Virus record (IMG/VR): IMGVR_UViG_3300034072_000758 | Location: 248,001 to 312,000 of that record | DNA: 64,000 nucleotides | Reading direction: 5' to 3' (one strand) | Shown here: piece by piece, positions 54,972-64,000 of the stretch | How the letters are laid out: the number at the start of each line of letters is the position of its first letter | How positions within the stretch are numbered: the stretch's first letter is position 1 | Program-made: the position numbers and the translations under genes | The notes under the pieces: model-generated | Told to the model about the DNA's origin: nothing | The model's input: only the letters and a program-made list of their open reading frames with translations | Database searches by the model: none

Positions 54972-57026
54972 TTATGATAGACCTTCTTCGTAAGTGGTAA
55001 AGTCGTTCTCTTTGCGGACCATTAGGACATTGTTGATACGCGCTGTCAAGTCGTCTTTGTGGCTGATCAAGAAAATAGATTTACCGCCTTCTCTTGACAT
55101 TGTTTTCAAAATAGCCAGCGCCGCTTCGACACCACTTGTATCCGTACCTTGATCCAAGATTTCGTCCACAAACATCAAGTTGACTTTTTCATTCATAGCT
55201 TCCCAAACATCGCGGAACGCCCAAGATGTAGCCATGATTACACGATTCATTTCACCTCTGGACAATTGCTCAAAGTCGTAATCACGACCTACTTGAGAAA
55301 TCTCGACAGTGAGATCGGACATGAAACGCACTTGGTGTGGAAGGCCCAGCTTTTCCAAGTAGTGAGACATACGATAGTTGAGGTGGTGAATGTTCTGATC
55401 GATGATCTTCTTACGGATAAAGCTGTCCTTGTTGGTTAATAACTTCAACAGGAACTCTTGATGCTTCAAGAGCAATTCCGCATCATTCAAGCCCTCATAA
55501 TCGATCTCTTGAAGCGTAGCGGTCAAGGTCTCGATCTGGTAGGTATTCGGATTGTCTTTCGCGCTTTCGGTCTCGTAATCCTTAACTAGATTATCTACAG
55601 TCTGTTTAGTCTGGTAGATTTCATCCTTGGACGAGAAAATGAGTTGTGGCTTATCACCCAGACCAGCAAGTCGATCATTCAAGATTTGAATACCCGCATT
55701 CAGATCAGCAAGTTCGGTTATTTTTTCGATCAGCGATTGCTCGACCATAACTCGATTAGCTTCTTGCTCAGAAGCCTTCGTGGCAGCTTCTTCCGTGATT
55801 TGCTTGATTTCCGCTTGGATGTTGACGATTTCGTTTTCAAAAGCAGTTTTCTTACCTTCTAGCGAAACAAGGTCTTTTTCTAAAGCGACCAGACTTGCGG
55901 ACATATTCTCGATAACGGATGCTAAGTGATCCGTACCTTCAAGGTTCTGGCCGCAACAAACGCATACCTGATCATCCGCATTTTCGATGTCGGCAGCAAC
56001 CTTGGCGAACTCAACAGCTTTGTTTTCCATTGCCGTTTCGGTAGCGGCGATGTCACGCTTCTTACGAGCAATTTCATTCTCAAGACGGGTGATCTGCGGA
56101 TCGGAACCCCCAGAGGTCACGGTTTTGATCTGAGAGTTCAGGAGAGCAATTTCACGCTGGGTGACTTGGATCGACTTTTGCAGGTTGACCTTTTCCTGTT
56201 CAATAGTCGCGGCGGCAGAAACCCATGCCTGATAATCGTCGTATTTCTTAAGTTCGCCATCAAAATCGATTTCCGAGAAGGCAGCAATATCCTGTTCAAG
56301 TTGTGTCAGGCGGGAGGCATGTGTGCGGTCCCATTGATCGCGGCTTATTTCGAGAGCCTTGATAGATGTGCTAATATGAGCATTCGATTCTGTCTTGGCG
56401 CGAATGACAGCCTGTATATTTTTGATGTCGTCCTTTGTAGCCGTGATTTCTGTTTTCAATGACGCGGCGCGGGTTGAAATTTGAGAAATGGCGATCAGTT
56501 CTTCAATCACTTCACGTTGTTCAGCGGCCTTCATTTGAAGAAATGGCGTGGTATGAGTATTCAACGCAATCAGATGACGGAAGAGATTATAACTCATACC
56601 AACGGCGCGCTCAATCTCTTCTTGAGTATGACGGTTTTCACCTAAAGCGTTGTCTTCTTCGGTATCGTAGTCTTGTTTCTGATCGTTGATAAAGAAACGC
56701 AGAACATTCGGCTTGCGGCCTCGCTCAATACGGTACACGACATCACCCTTTTCAAACTCAAGAGTGACAATCATGTTTTTCGTATTGATATTGTTGATCA
56801 GGTTGTCTTTCTTGATGTTCGAGATCGGCGAGCCGTACAGAGCATAAGAAATTGCCTGAATGATAACCGACTTACCCACGCCGTTGCGCGAGATACCCGA
56901 ACCATTGGAAGTGTCCTTGTTTTCTCCCAGAACAAGCGTAAGACCTTTTTTGTCCAAGGTAATCGCCGTGGTGACGTTACCGACAGACAAGAAGTTTTTC
57001 ATGGAAATGTTGAGAATATTAAGCAT
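54972..57026 (-). CDS. Recombination nuclease ATPase subunit (T4 gp46/SbcC/Rad50-like)
   Basis: KNFLSVGN, NGVGKS, coiled coil with CVCCGQ hook, LSRGE, VDEILD, LISH. Confidence 0.95.
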   Translation of the reverse strand: MLNILNISMKNFLSVGNVTTAITLDKKGLTLVLGENKDTSNGSGISRNGVGKSVIIQAISYALYGSPISNIKKDNLINNINTKNMIVTLEFEKGDVVYRIERGRKPNVLRFFINDQKQDYDTEEDNALGENRHTQEEIERAVGMSYNLFRHLIALNTHTTPFLQMKAAEQREVIEELIAISQISTRAASLKTEITATKDDIKNIQAVIRAKTESNAHISTSIKALEISRDQWDRTHASRLTQLEQDIAAFSEIDFDGELKKYDDYQAWVSAAATIEQEKVNLQKSIQVTQREIALLNSQIKTVTSGGSDPQITRLENEIARKKRDIAATETAMENKAVEFAKVAADIENADDQVCVCCGQNLEGTDHLASVIENMSASLVALEKDLVSLEGKKTAFENEIVNIQAEIKQITEEAATKASEQEANRVMVEQSLIEKITELADLNAGIQILNDRLAGLGDKPQLIFSSKDEIYQTKQTVDNLVKDYETESAKDNPNTYQIETLTATLQEIDYEGLNDAELLLKHQEFLLKLLTNKDSFIRKKIIDQNIHHLNYRMSHYLEKLGLPHQVRFMSDLTVEISQVGRDYDFEQLSRGEMNRVIMATSWAFRDVWEAMNEKVNLMFVDEILDQGTDTSGVEAALAILKTMSREGGKSIFLISHKDDLTARINNVLMVRKENDFTTYEEGLS

Positions 57027-57031
57027 GGGTC

Positions 57032-58048
57032 TTACATATTTTTCAGAGTGTTGTAGATAGCAATAAGCTTCTGGCTTTGAATGTCTTTGCTAGTGATACT
57101 ATTCAGACCTTCAATTACGATCTGATCAATCGACTGATAATCGACGTTTTCTTCAAACTCAGCGGCTTCAACCGATACCGCTTGCGGAACCAATTCCAGC
57201 TTACGAAGCCCATAGTTTTTGATGAACTCTTCCTTGATGACCTGAGACTCTTCATATGTAATGTCAAAGTCTATGGCGACCCGTGCCGACATCTTTTGCT
57301 TGAGCATTTCATTAGGCTTATTGATCATGTCGCTAAGACGCATGGTTCGGAACAACGGTTGTTCATCCCAAGCCTTAAAGATGGGGTCTTTACCCCATTC
57401 CAACATCATAATCCCACGGTCCTGATCCCAAGCATCCGAATAGTTGAATGGAAAAGTATTACCAATATAGACCACGTTCTTCTTTTGCTGGCGGATGTGG
57501 AAGTGTCCAGAGAATACATATTCTTGGTTCACAAACGAACTATGAGTAACCGAGTGACCAGTCTCAGGCATGACGACTTTCGCGTTCATCATAAAGCCAC
57601 CCATTTCCAAATGACCAAATGCATAGCGTGTCTTGATATTCGGAAGCTTCTTGTGTTCGTCCCCGACCAGCCAAGGCAACAAAAGAACATCGTCCATGAC
57701 TGTGGGTTCGGTAATTACCTTGATGTTGGGAAGAAGCTTGGCGAACTCGACCGACGACAGGTCGCGCTTATCACGATAGAACAGATCGTGGTTGCCGGGA
57801 AGCCAGATTACATTGAAGGCTTCGTTGAGCTTTTCCATACCACGAAGGCCGTAGTGGAGCGTCGAAACGGCAACAGAGTGGCGATTATCAAAGTAATCAC
57901 CACAGAAGATCATGGTTTCAGCGCCCCACGTTTTCCCCTGTTCAATAGCCCAATCGATAAACTCTAAGTTATCAAGATTAGCTTGGGGCGAATTACCCGT
58001 TCTACCAAAGTGAATATCAGTAAAAGAAATGGCTTTCTTAAAGAGCAT
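57032..58048 (-). CDS. Recombination nuclease subunit (T4 gp47/SbcD/Mre11-like)
   Basis: TDIHFG, GDYFDNR, GNHD, GHLE, SGHFH. Confidence 0.95.
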   Translation of the reverse strand: MLFKKAISFTDIHFGRTGNSPQANLDNLEFIDWAIEQGKTWGAETMIFCGDYFDNRHSVAVSTLHYGLRGMEKLNEAFNVIWLPGNHDLFYRDKRDLSSVEFAKLLPNIKVITEPTVMDDVLLLPWLVGDEHKKLPNIKTRYAFGHLEMGGFMMNAKVVMPETGHSVTHSSFVNQEYVFSGHFHIRQQKKNVVYIGNTFPFNYSDAWDQDRGIMMLEWGKDPIFKAWDEQPLFRTMRLSDMINKPNEMLKQKMSARVAIDFDITYEESQVIKEEFIKNYGLRKLELVPQAVSVEAAEFEENVDYQSIDQIVIEGLNSITSKDIQSQKLIAIYNTLKNM

Positions 58049-58212
58049 CGTATTACCTTCTTTCCTATAAAAGGTATATCATGGTTAACAATGCTGTTAC
58101 AATTTAAATGAGTCAAATCAAACAATAAAAAAGGTAAGCCGAATCGCTTGACAAACAAAGTTTTTGATATATTGTCTATCTATCAATATATAAAATATTC
58201 GGAGATACAAAT

Positions 58213-58926
58213 ATGCTGAACTCTATGGTTTTTGAAGGTGATATGAATGTCGCTGGTTCGTTTTGCGATGCTGACCTTCGAGCTATTCGTAATCCGAAAT
58301 GGCAAGCGAAAGTAGAACGCTATCTTTCGCGCCTTCCCTTTAAGTTTGATTTGATCATCCGTAATCAAACACCAGAAGATCATTTCAAAATTCTAACAAA
58401 AGTCATTCTGGGTGGTCATACACACCAACCAGAATCCAATATTTTGTCCGAAGATGATCTCAAACGAAATAAGGACGACACAATCACCATTATTCTTGGT
58501 GGTAATCGAGAACTTGGAACATCCGCTAATAAAATAAATGGCGAAGCTTTTACTCCGTGGATTTTAGTTCATAGGATGGCTCATGCTATGGATTTTGCTA
58601 TGGCCATAAAGGATGGCGCTGGTTGGAAGATGGGGACGGCTGAATACAAAGCATGGCATACTGCCTATAGCAACCTCACCAATCATCTTCCGGTTACATA
58701 CGAAAACTATGGTATTAAAACTGCTATACCGGGAACTAAAGTTAATGATTTCCATATCGAAGTCATGACTAAGTATATGATCAACAATAAACTACGTCCG
58801 CACGAGGACGGTTTTGTTGGACCTCTGAGACAACATTATCTTAGGCCATCGGATCATATTCTTCATTTTGAGCAATGTGCTCATGCTTTCATCGAATCTT
58901 GTGTCGGGAAGGTCTTTTATTTCTGA
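58213..58926 (+). CDS. Hypothetical protein with an HxxxH motif
   Basis: TPWILVHRMAHA; GGAG RBS. Confidence 0.6.
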   Translation: MLNSMVFEGDMNVAGSFCDADLRAIRNPKWQAKVERYLSRLPFKFDLIIRNQTPEDHFKILTKVILGGHTHQPESNILSEDDLKRNKDDTITIILGGNRELGTSANKINGEAFTPWILVHRMAHAMDFAMAIKDGAGWKMGTAEYKAWHTAYSNLTNHLPVTYENYGIKTAIPGTKVNDFHIEVMTKYMINNKLRPHEDGFVGPLRQHYLRPSDHILHFEQCAHAFIESCVGKVFYF

Positions 58927-58990
58927 TAGCTTGACAAGCCCATGTTTTATGTTAAACTGTAAGTATATCAAATATACAGGAGTACAAAAT

Positions 58991-59146
58991 ATGGGCTTAT
59001 TTCTTTGGACTATCGTTTTGCTCTCTGCGCTGGTACTCATTTGGGTATTCCTCGGCGCTGTGTATATTTTCATGGGAACCGCTGCTGGCCTGTTCATAGT
59101 CTGGCTCGGTCGTCTCTTCGGCTTTTGGGGTAGCCCCGTACTATGA
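58991..59146 (+). CDS. Small membrane protein
   Basis: AGGAG RBS before MGLFLW. Confidence 0.55.
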   Translation: MGLFLWTIVLLSALVLIWVFLGAVYIFMGTAAGLFIVWLGRLFGFWGSPVL

Positions 59147-59547
59147 GTGACATCGGCATTAAATTCATCCAAGACTATCATGAGGGAAAGTACGGTTACG
59201 CGGTGCGTGACGAAATGAAAGCTCTCATGTTCTATCGCGCTACCTTTCTGGAAACAGAAGATCAGCGGCGTAGTATGCTGTGGGCTTTCGAGAACAGCAT
59301 CGGTGGCGACGGTCGTTGTGCTTGGGTTGGTCCAGATGGTGACATCATATATGTTCAACACGGCCATCATCTAGCCGTCGCGGAACATATATTCATGACT
59401 TCCGAAGGGGAGTTTGAAAAAATCTGGGCGAAAATTACTCGATCTACCAAGTCGCCAGAAGACGCACTCAAGTACGTCGAAAACCCCACACGCCGCCAAA
59501 AGCGCTTTGTGGAAGAAACCTTTTACAATCATCGTAAGGAGTCCTAA
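59143..59547 (+). CDS. Hypothetical protein
   Basis: AWVGPDG....HGHH pattern. Confidence 0.65.
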   Translation: MSDIGIKFIQDYHEGKYGYAVRDEMKALMFYRATFLETEDQRRSMLWAFENSIGGDGRCAWVGPDGDIIYVQHGHHLAVAEHIFMTSEGEFEKIWAKITRSTKSPEDALKYVENPTRRQKRFVEETFYNHRKES

Positions 59548-59817
59548 ATGTCTATTCTCGCAATTCTCATGGCAATCATTCTACTGGTCGTCATGTACGC
59601 TGTTCTCCAATTCATCTTCTTTTTTGTCGGCGGCTTCGTCGGCGGTATCTGGACAATCCTGTCCAAAAGCATGAAGGGTCTCGCTATCAAGGGCGTCATT
59701 ACTGCGTGTGTGATGTTCGGTGGACCCTTCGTCACCACGCTCCTGCTGTACCCGCCGATCTTCGAGTTCTTATTTCACCGAAACTTCTGGGCGCTCTTGA
59801 GCACACCGGTCATCTAA
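59548..59817 (+). CDS. Small membrane protein
   Basis: AAGGAG RBS; hydrophobic. Confidence 0.65.
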   Translation: MSILAILMAIILLVVMYAVLQFIFFFVGGFVGGIWTILSKSMKGLAIKGVITACVMFGGPFVTTLLLYPPIFEFLFHRNFWALLSTPVI

Positions 59818-59822
59818 AAAAG

Positions 59823-59850
59823 AAAAAGCCTCCCAACCGGGAGGCTTTTT
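59823..59850. terminator. Bidirectional intrinsic terminator
   Basis: AAAAAGCCTCCC-AACC-GGGAGGCTTTTT between convergent genes. Confidence 0.9.
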
Positions 59851-60638
59851 TAATCGTTTGTTCCGACTGCTGCGGCCTTGGCTGCTGCGGCGGCTTCTTG
59901 TTGTTTCTTCATTTCCATTTCGTGTTCGATCTGGCGAGTATGAGACGGGCTGCTACCATACATCATGAGCAAATCGTCACGCAAGTGCTGGTGTTGTTTC
60001 TCAATGTTCAGGATACGAGTGAAGCACATCTTCATACAAGTGGTCAGATAACTGAACGGGTTAGATGATTTGCTTTCGTCAAATTGAAGACCAACCTGAG
60101 ACATCTGAACTAACGCTTGCCCTTTCATTTCCTCGGCGTAGGTGTAGCCTCGCCAGTTCGACTTCTCAGCATAACGAGTGACCATGATTAGCATCATACG
60201 GGCCAGACGACGATTGATCGTCCCGTGCGTGATACAGAAGTGGCCATTATCGAAGCCACCCACCCAATGTGATCTCAGAACTTCTTTGGGGCCTTCGGGT
60301 GTCATAATGTAATGCTTGAAAGGTGGGAAAGGAGTCTTCTTCCAAGGGGTCGAGTTCTTCTTTTGTTTGTCGGTCGCGTCTTTGAGCGGAATATGCTCGG
60401 CAGTCATGACACGCAAGACGATGTTCTCAGGTGTCAATTTCTTCTCTTGTTTCTTCTTGGTAAGACTTTCGGCGATAATTTGTTCAATCAATTCGTCATT
60501 AAACTTATTGACATCATCAACGATATAATCATATTGAATATACTTTTCATCAAGATAAGAACAATATGAAGCTTTACTTAAATTAATCTCACGTAGAAGG
60601 TCTTTGTTTCGAACAAATTCTACTGGTTTCTTAATCAT
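59850..60638 (-). CDS. Late-transcription sigma factor (T4 gp55-like)
   Basis: VRNKDLL.EI, NWRGYTYAEEM...A......QFDESKSSNPFSYLT...F.RIL..EK; lies near gp47/gp46 as in T4-like genomes. Confidence 0.85.
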   Translation of the reverse strand: MIKKPVEFVRNKDLLREINLSKASYCSYLDEKYIQYDYIVDDVNKFNDELIEQIIAESLTKKKQEKKLTPENIVLRVMTAEHIPLKDATDKQKKNSTPWKKTPFPPFKHYIMTPEGPKEVLRSHWVGGFDNGHFCITHGTINRRLARMMLIMVTRYAEKSNWRGYTYAEEMKGQALVQMSQVGLQFDESKSSNPFSYLTTCMKMCFTRILNIEKQHQHLRDDLLMMYGSSPSHTRQIEHEMEMKKQQEAAAAAKAAAVGTND

Positions 60639-60661
60639 TACAATTCCTCGGCAAGAATCTA

Positions 60662-60707
60662 TAGTATAGTTAATTAACTATACTAAATCAATATTTTTAT
60701 TGATTTA
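60662..60707. promoter_or_regulatory. Divergent promoter region with a 24-bp perfect palindrome
   Basis: TAGTATAGTTAATTAACTATACTA; minus strand TTGATT-N17-TATACT. Confidence 0.7.
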
Positions 60708-60751
60708 AAATGGAAGTGTGTTATTTATTAATCATACGTTGAGGAGGATTC

Positions 60752-61294
60752 ATGCGCGAGCCATTGATCAGCATTATTTTAGCCACCGATCTGAAATTGG
60801 GTATCGGTAAGGACGGTAAGTTGCCGTGGCATATTCCAGAGGACATGAAATGGTTCAGGACCATGACGAAAGACAAAATCGTCATCATGGGTTGGAAGAC
60901 TTGGGAAAGCCTCGCATTTCAGCCTCTTAAGGGACGGTTGAATGTTATCGTCACCTCTCGCAAAGAAACACCACAAGAAGAGTGGCTGACCGCTATCACA
61001 ATCTTTGTGAAGTCGATTGCCGATGCTCTAGCCGTAACCAAAATGAACGGTCATCCAGAAGCGGTCTTCATTGGTGGCGCTGTGTTGTGGGAGAGCTTAT
61101 TCGCAGACTATGTGGTAGACCGTATGTATATCACCGAAGTTCAAGGCGAATATGATTGTGATACGTTCTTCGACTACGTTGGTCGGGGAACCAAGCTCAC
61201 CAAATTCCAGTATGTCGCCAAGACAGATCGTTGTACATTTGCGATTGTGACGGACCCGGATAAGTTCGACAGGTTTCCGTCTATTCAGTATTAA
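60752..61294 (+). CDS. folA: Dihydrofolate reductase
   Basis: GIGKDGKLPWHIPEDMKWF, IMGWKTWESL, PLKGRLN, FIGG, CDTFF. Confidence 0.95.
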   Translation: MREPLISIILATDLKLGIGKDGKLPWHIPEDMKWFRTMTKDKIVIMGWKTWESLAFQPLKGRLNVIVTSRKETPQEEWLTAITIFVKSIADALAVTKMNGHPEAVFIGGAVLWESLFADYVVDRMYITEVQGEYDCDTFFDYVGRGTKLTKFQYVAKTDRCTFAIVTDPDKFDRFPSIQY

Positions 61295-61322
61295 AAAAGC
61301 CGCCCCGAAGGGCGGCTTTTTT
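61293..61322. terminator. Bidirectional intrinsic terminator
   Basis: AAAAAAGCCGCCC-CGAA-GGGCGGCTTTTTT. Confidence 0.9.
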
Positions 61323-61945
61323 TAAATTATCTTGACGTTTGGTACGCCAGCATATTCCTCGGCGAGAACCTGATCGATGTCGCGGACGATACCCTTGACC
61401 AGATCGCGCTTGATGGTGACGTTAAAGCCGCGCTTGACGAAGCCTTCGACCGCCCAATGGACGCAGAAGTCAGCCGCCACGCCGACGATTTCGATGTCGG
61501 TAACACCGCTTTGTTTCAGACGGTCGAACATGGTTTCTGCCAGTTCAATACCATTATTCGCCAGCGTAAGGTCTGGGTCGGTCGGGTCTTCATTGAAATC
61601 CGACACCATGAATTGCTTCCACCACATACCGAAGACATCTTTTTCCAGACGATACATCGGAAGATCGGTATTCAGCGCAGTCGGATTGTCGATGACCAGT
61701 TGCCAGCCCCAAGTCGGCTTGACGCAGTGAATGCCGAATTGTTTGGCTTCTTCCGAGTCGGCATATTCTTCGGGATCATGTGTGTCGAAAGTCCAGAGGA
61801 CGCCTTGCGTTGTCTCTGGACGCAGGGCCTTAATATAGTTGGCCAGAGGCGCGATCAGCGAATCAGCACCAGCCACGGCCAGTGCGCCGGTTTGCGCGAT
61901 GAAGTCATTTTGTGCGTCGATGACTACGACGAATTTCTTACCCAT
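61322..61945 (-). CDS. pncA: Nicotinamidase
   Basis: VIDAQNDF..GALAV, DTH, HCV..T.G, K, VGVAADFCV. Confidence 0.9.
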   Translation of the reverse strand: MGKKFVVVIDAQNDFIAQTGALAVAGADSLIAPLANYIKALRPETTQGVLWTFDTHDPEEYADSEEAKQFGIHCVKPTWGWQLVIDNPTALNTDLPMYRLEKDVFGMWWKQFMVSDFNEDPTDPDLTLANNGIELAETMFDRLKQSGVTDIEIVGVAADFCVHWAVEGFVKRGFNVTIKRDLVKGIVRDIDQVLAEEYAGVPNVKII

Positions 61946-61956
61946 TGTCTTTCCCC

Positions 61957-63201
61957 TCATACTTTCACAGGAATGTTTGTTTGGCCTTCGGTTCCGAAGA
62001 CACGGCGATAGCGGTCAATTTCCGAAGGCTGACCGATGGCCTTTAAATAGTTGTCCGACAGCTTCACCGCGCTGCGGCCATTGACCGTCTTGAGTTTACA
62101 AACGATACTCATGGCCTTCTTGCCAGCGGCACGGAAGTCGTTGGTGAAGTTGGTTCCCCAGCCGAAACCGAGGTTGACACGTTCCGCGAAATAGTCACGA
62201 AGTTCAACCATATCCGTTCCGTTCAAAACGTAGGTGTCGTTGTTGTCCGAAACGTCCACGTCCAGCCCATCGGCGAAAATGACAGTCTTTTCCTGCGGAT
62301 TGCGGTCATTTTCCAACCACCACTTAATTAATTCTTCGCCAGCCACATAGGCGTCCTTGGAGTCTGGACGAATTGATGGCCAATCCAGAAGATATTCTGG
62401 CGCATCCTTGAGGAACTGGCTGGTTCCGTAAGTATCGGGAAGAATGGTACGGCGATCCGGGTACATTTCGCCCCAGAGTTCAGTAACCTTGTAAGGCGAA
62501 TGTTTGAGGTCTTCGTCCGTTTCGGCTAATGCGGCTTGCGCCATCGGAAGCTCATGGGCGTTGGTGCCAACGGCTTTCAGGTTATATTTCATGGCAAAAT
62601 AAACGTTCGATGTGCCGACGATGACGCCGTAATCCACCGCCATGCGGATCGCGCGGTCTTGCCAAGCGAACGAATGGCGGCGGCGGGTGCCCATATCAGC
62701 AAAGACCACCTTGTTTTCTTGAAGGCGTTGAAGCTTCTGATGAAGAATGAACGCCGCGACTTCTTGATCATCATCTTCCTTCGATGGATCGGGATCGACC
62801 GAGGCCATTTCATTGATGATAGCAAGAACGTAGATTTCCCAAAGGGTCGTCTGTTCGATAGGACCGGTGAACGTAATTTCGTACTGGCCTTCTTCGGTCT
62901 TCGACGGGACAATGGCGAAGCTGACCTTATCAAAGTTGAAGGTCTTGAGCCATTTCAGAAAGTCCTTGTCGAAGTTGCCCTGCGAACCAATGTAGGCGAT
63001 TTCAGCCGGTGTGAACCGGAGATCGTAGAGTGAATTGATTTCGAGGCTCAAATGCTCTATATCGACCAGATCAGCCAGCTTGATTCCTTTGGAACGATTA
63101 GTAACCGCCCAAGTCGAAACCGTGCCACGAAGATGCTTCCAGTGATATTGGAGCATGGTGAACTTGTACAAATCATTGTCTGCGAGTGTCGTGATAATCA
63201 T
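61957..63201 (-). CDS. pncB: Nicotinate phosphoribosyltransferase
   Basis: DNDLYKFTMLQ, DMGTRRRHSF.WQ, GTSNV, GTNAHE, LPDTYG, RPDS, FGWGTNFTND, VKLSDN..KA.G. Confidence 0.92.
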   Translation of the reverse strand: MIITTLADNDLYKFTMLQYHWKHLRGTVSTWAVTNRSKGIKLADLVDIEHLSLEINSLYDLRFTPAEIAYIGSQGNFDKDFLKWLKTFNFDKVSFAIVPSKTEEGQYEITFTGPIEQTTLWEIYVLAIINEMASVDPDPSKEDDDQEVAAFILHQKLQRLQENKVVFADMGTRRRHSFAWQDRAIRMAVDYGVIVGTSNVYFAMKYNLKAVGTNAHELPMAQAALAETDEDLKHSPYKVTELWGEMYPDRRTILPDTYGTSQFLKDAPEYLLDWPSIRPDSKDAYVAGEELIKWWLENDRNPQEKTVIFADGLDVDVSDNNDTYVLNGTDMVELRDYFAERVNLGFGWGTNFTNDFRAAGKKAMSIVCKLKTVNGRSAVKLSDNYLKAIGQPSEIDRYRRVFGTEGQTNIPVKV

Positions 63202-63205
63202 GGCC

Positions 63206-64000
63206 TTAGTCCCTCGCCAGATGCTTGTTTTTTTGGATCATCAGATAATGATCCTCGAACATGATGCGGGGATCGACTTCATCCAGAGGAACCCACTTTG
63301 CTTTTTTGGCGTCGTCAGCCGCCTTGATTTTCGGGAGACCGAACGCCTTAATAAGACGCTTGTTGAACGAAGCGTTACTTTCGCCGCGTTCGGGCTTGGG
63401 AGCCGTAGGAACGAGGTGATAGATCGTCGCTTGTGTGATGGTGCGCAGACGGGTAGAGCGATAAGGATTGTCTTCCAGAGACACGCCCTTGATCGCGCCA
63501 CGAAGAACAGCGGTCGGCACGTCGATCTTGGTTTCTTCGATCAGTTCACGCATAGAACCGTCAATGAACGTTTCATTGCGGTTCAAGTGGCCACCCGGAA
63601 GCGCCCACAAATTTTTGCCGGGAAACGATTTACGTTGAACCAGAAGGATATGGCCGGACTGAATGACGATGTTATCCACAGTCACGAAGTTTGGCGGATA
63701 CGGAGACGAATCCCATTGTGCCAGATAGTTCTTCATGAACACGAACTCTTCGTGTTGTTCCTTGTACGCAGCCGTGGACAAAAAGTCCGCCATGTACTGC
63801 GCCGCGCCATCACCGATATGCTCCGCATCGATAAAGCCCGTTTCCAGATACTTGTCGCGCAAGGGCGTGGCGCTCAGACCAATGTTGTTGAGTGGAGAGG
63901 TCCAGCATTCCGCATTGATGCTTTCCCATTGCGGGAACAGTTTCAGATAGAAACTGGTATTGTCCTTCGAGTGGCCGATCAAGGTCACACGCTCGGCGCT
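63206..64000 (-). CDS. Bifunctional NMN/NaMN adenylyltransferase-Nudix hydrolase (NadM-Nudix), 5' end outside window
   Basis: LIGHSKD.TSFYL.LFPQW, SAT..R, PYPPNFVTVD, WALPGG....ET......RELIEET, AADDA..A.W, MFEDH. Confidence 0.88.
   Translation of the reverse strand, partial: SAERVTLIGHSKDNTSFYLKLFPQWESINAECWTSPLNNIGLSATPLRDKYLETGFIDAEHIGDGAAQYMADFLSTAAYKEQHEEFVFMKNYLAQWDSSPYPPNFVTVDNIVIQSGHILLVQRKSFPGKNLWALPGGHLNRNETFIDGSMRELIEETKIDVPTAVLRGAIKGVSLEDNPYRSTRLRTITQATIYHLVPTAPKPERGESNASFNKRLIKAFGLPKIKAADDAKKAKWVPLDEVDPRIMFEDHYLMIQKNKHLARD

Noticed and set aside
58213-58926. Zincin metalloprotease call from HRMAH
   Set aside because: It lacks the catalytic Glu of HExxH, so it is left as hypothetical.
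1-64000. Genome-wide UGA-to-Trp recoding, suggested by the RF1-like gene
   Set aside because: argS ends in TGA exactly at its canonical C-terminus, many genes use ATGA stop/start overlaps, and other conserved genes are uninterrupted in the standard code.
1-64000. tRNA, rRNA or CRISPR arrays
   Set aside because: I saw no cloverleaf with a T-loop/CCA pattern and no regularly spaced direct repeats in the short intergenic gaps. tRNAscan-SE would be needed to exclude tRNAs fully.

Overview
This is a gene-dense segment of a large, T4-related (jumbo-type) tailed phage genome. An alphaproteobacterial host is a tentative inference. Recognisable genes are the gp46/gp47 recombination nuclease pair, a gp55-like late sigma factor, DHFR, a deamidating NAD salvage set (NadM-Nudix, PncB, PncA, NadE), translation genes (ArgRS, TilS, an RF1-like factor, GatB- and AlaRS-like fragments), GalE, CoaB-like, CYTH, Nudix, macrodomain, NADAR-like, Dps, HNH endonucleases and many small hypothetical genes. 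Four patterns stand out. (1) About 14 dispersed genes carry short N-terminal leaders ending in [IL]-x-E, fused to unrelated effector domains (about 7 ADP-ribosyltransferase-like, kinase, GNAT, papain-like, ParB, Dps). Most sit 4-5 nt behind a TAAATA late promoter, which suggests a capsid-packaged, protease-matured effector payload. (2) About 20 unrelated small proteins share an acidic-then-hydrophobic C-terminal tail. (3) The RF1-like gene is interrupted by an in-frame UGA at a position that is usually Trp. (4) An AT-rich four-gene island encodes a helicase, an MTase-like protein and repeat proteins. All family assignments come from reading motifs by eye; no database searches were run. I saw no tRNA, rRNA or CRISPR array.
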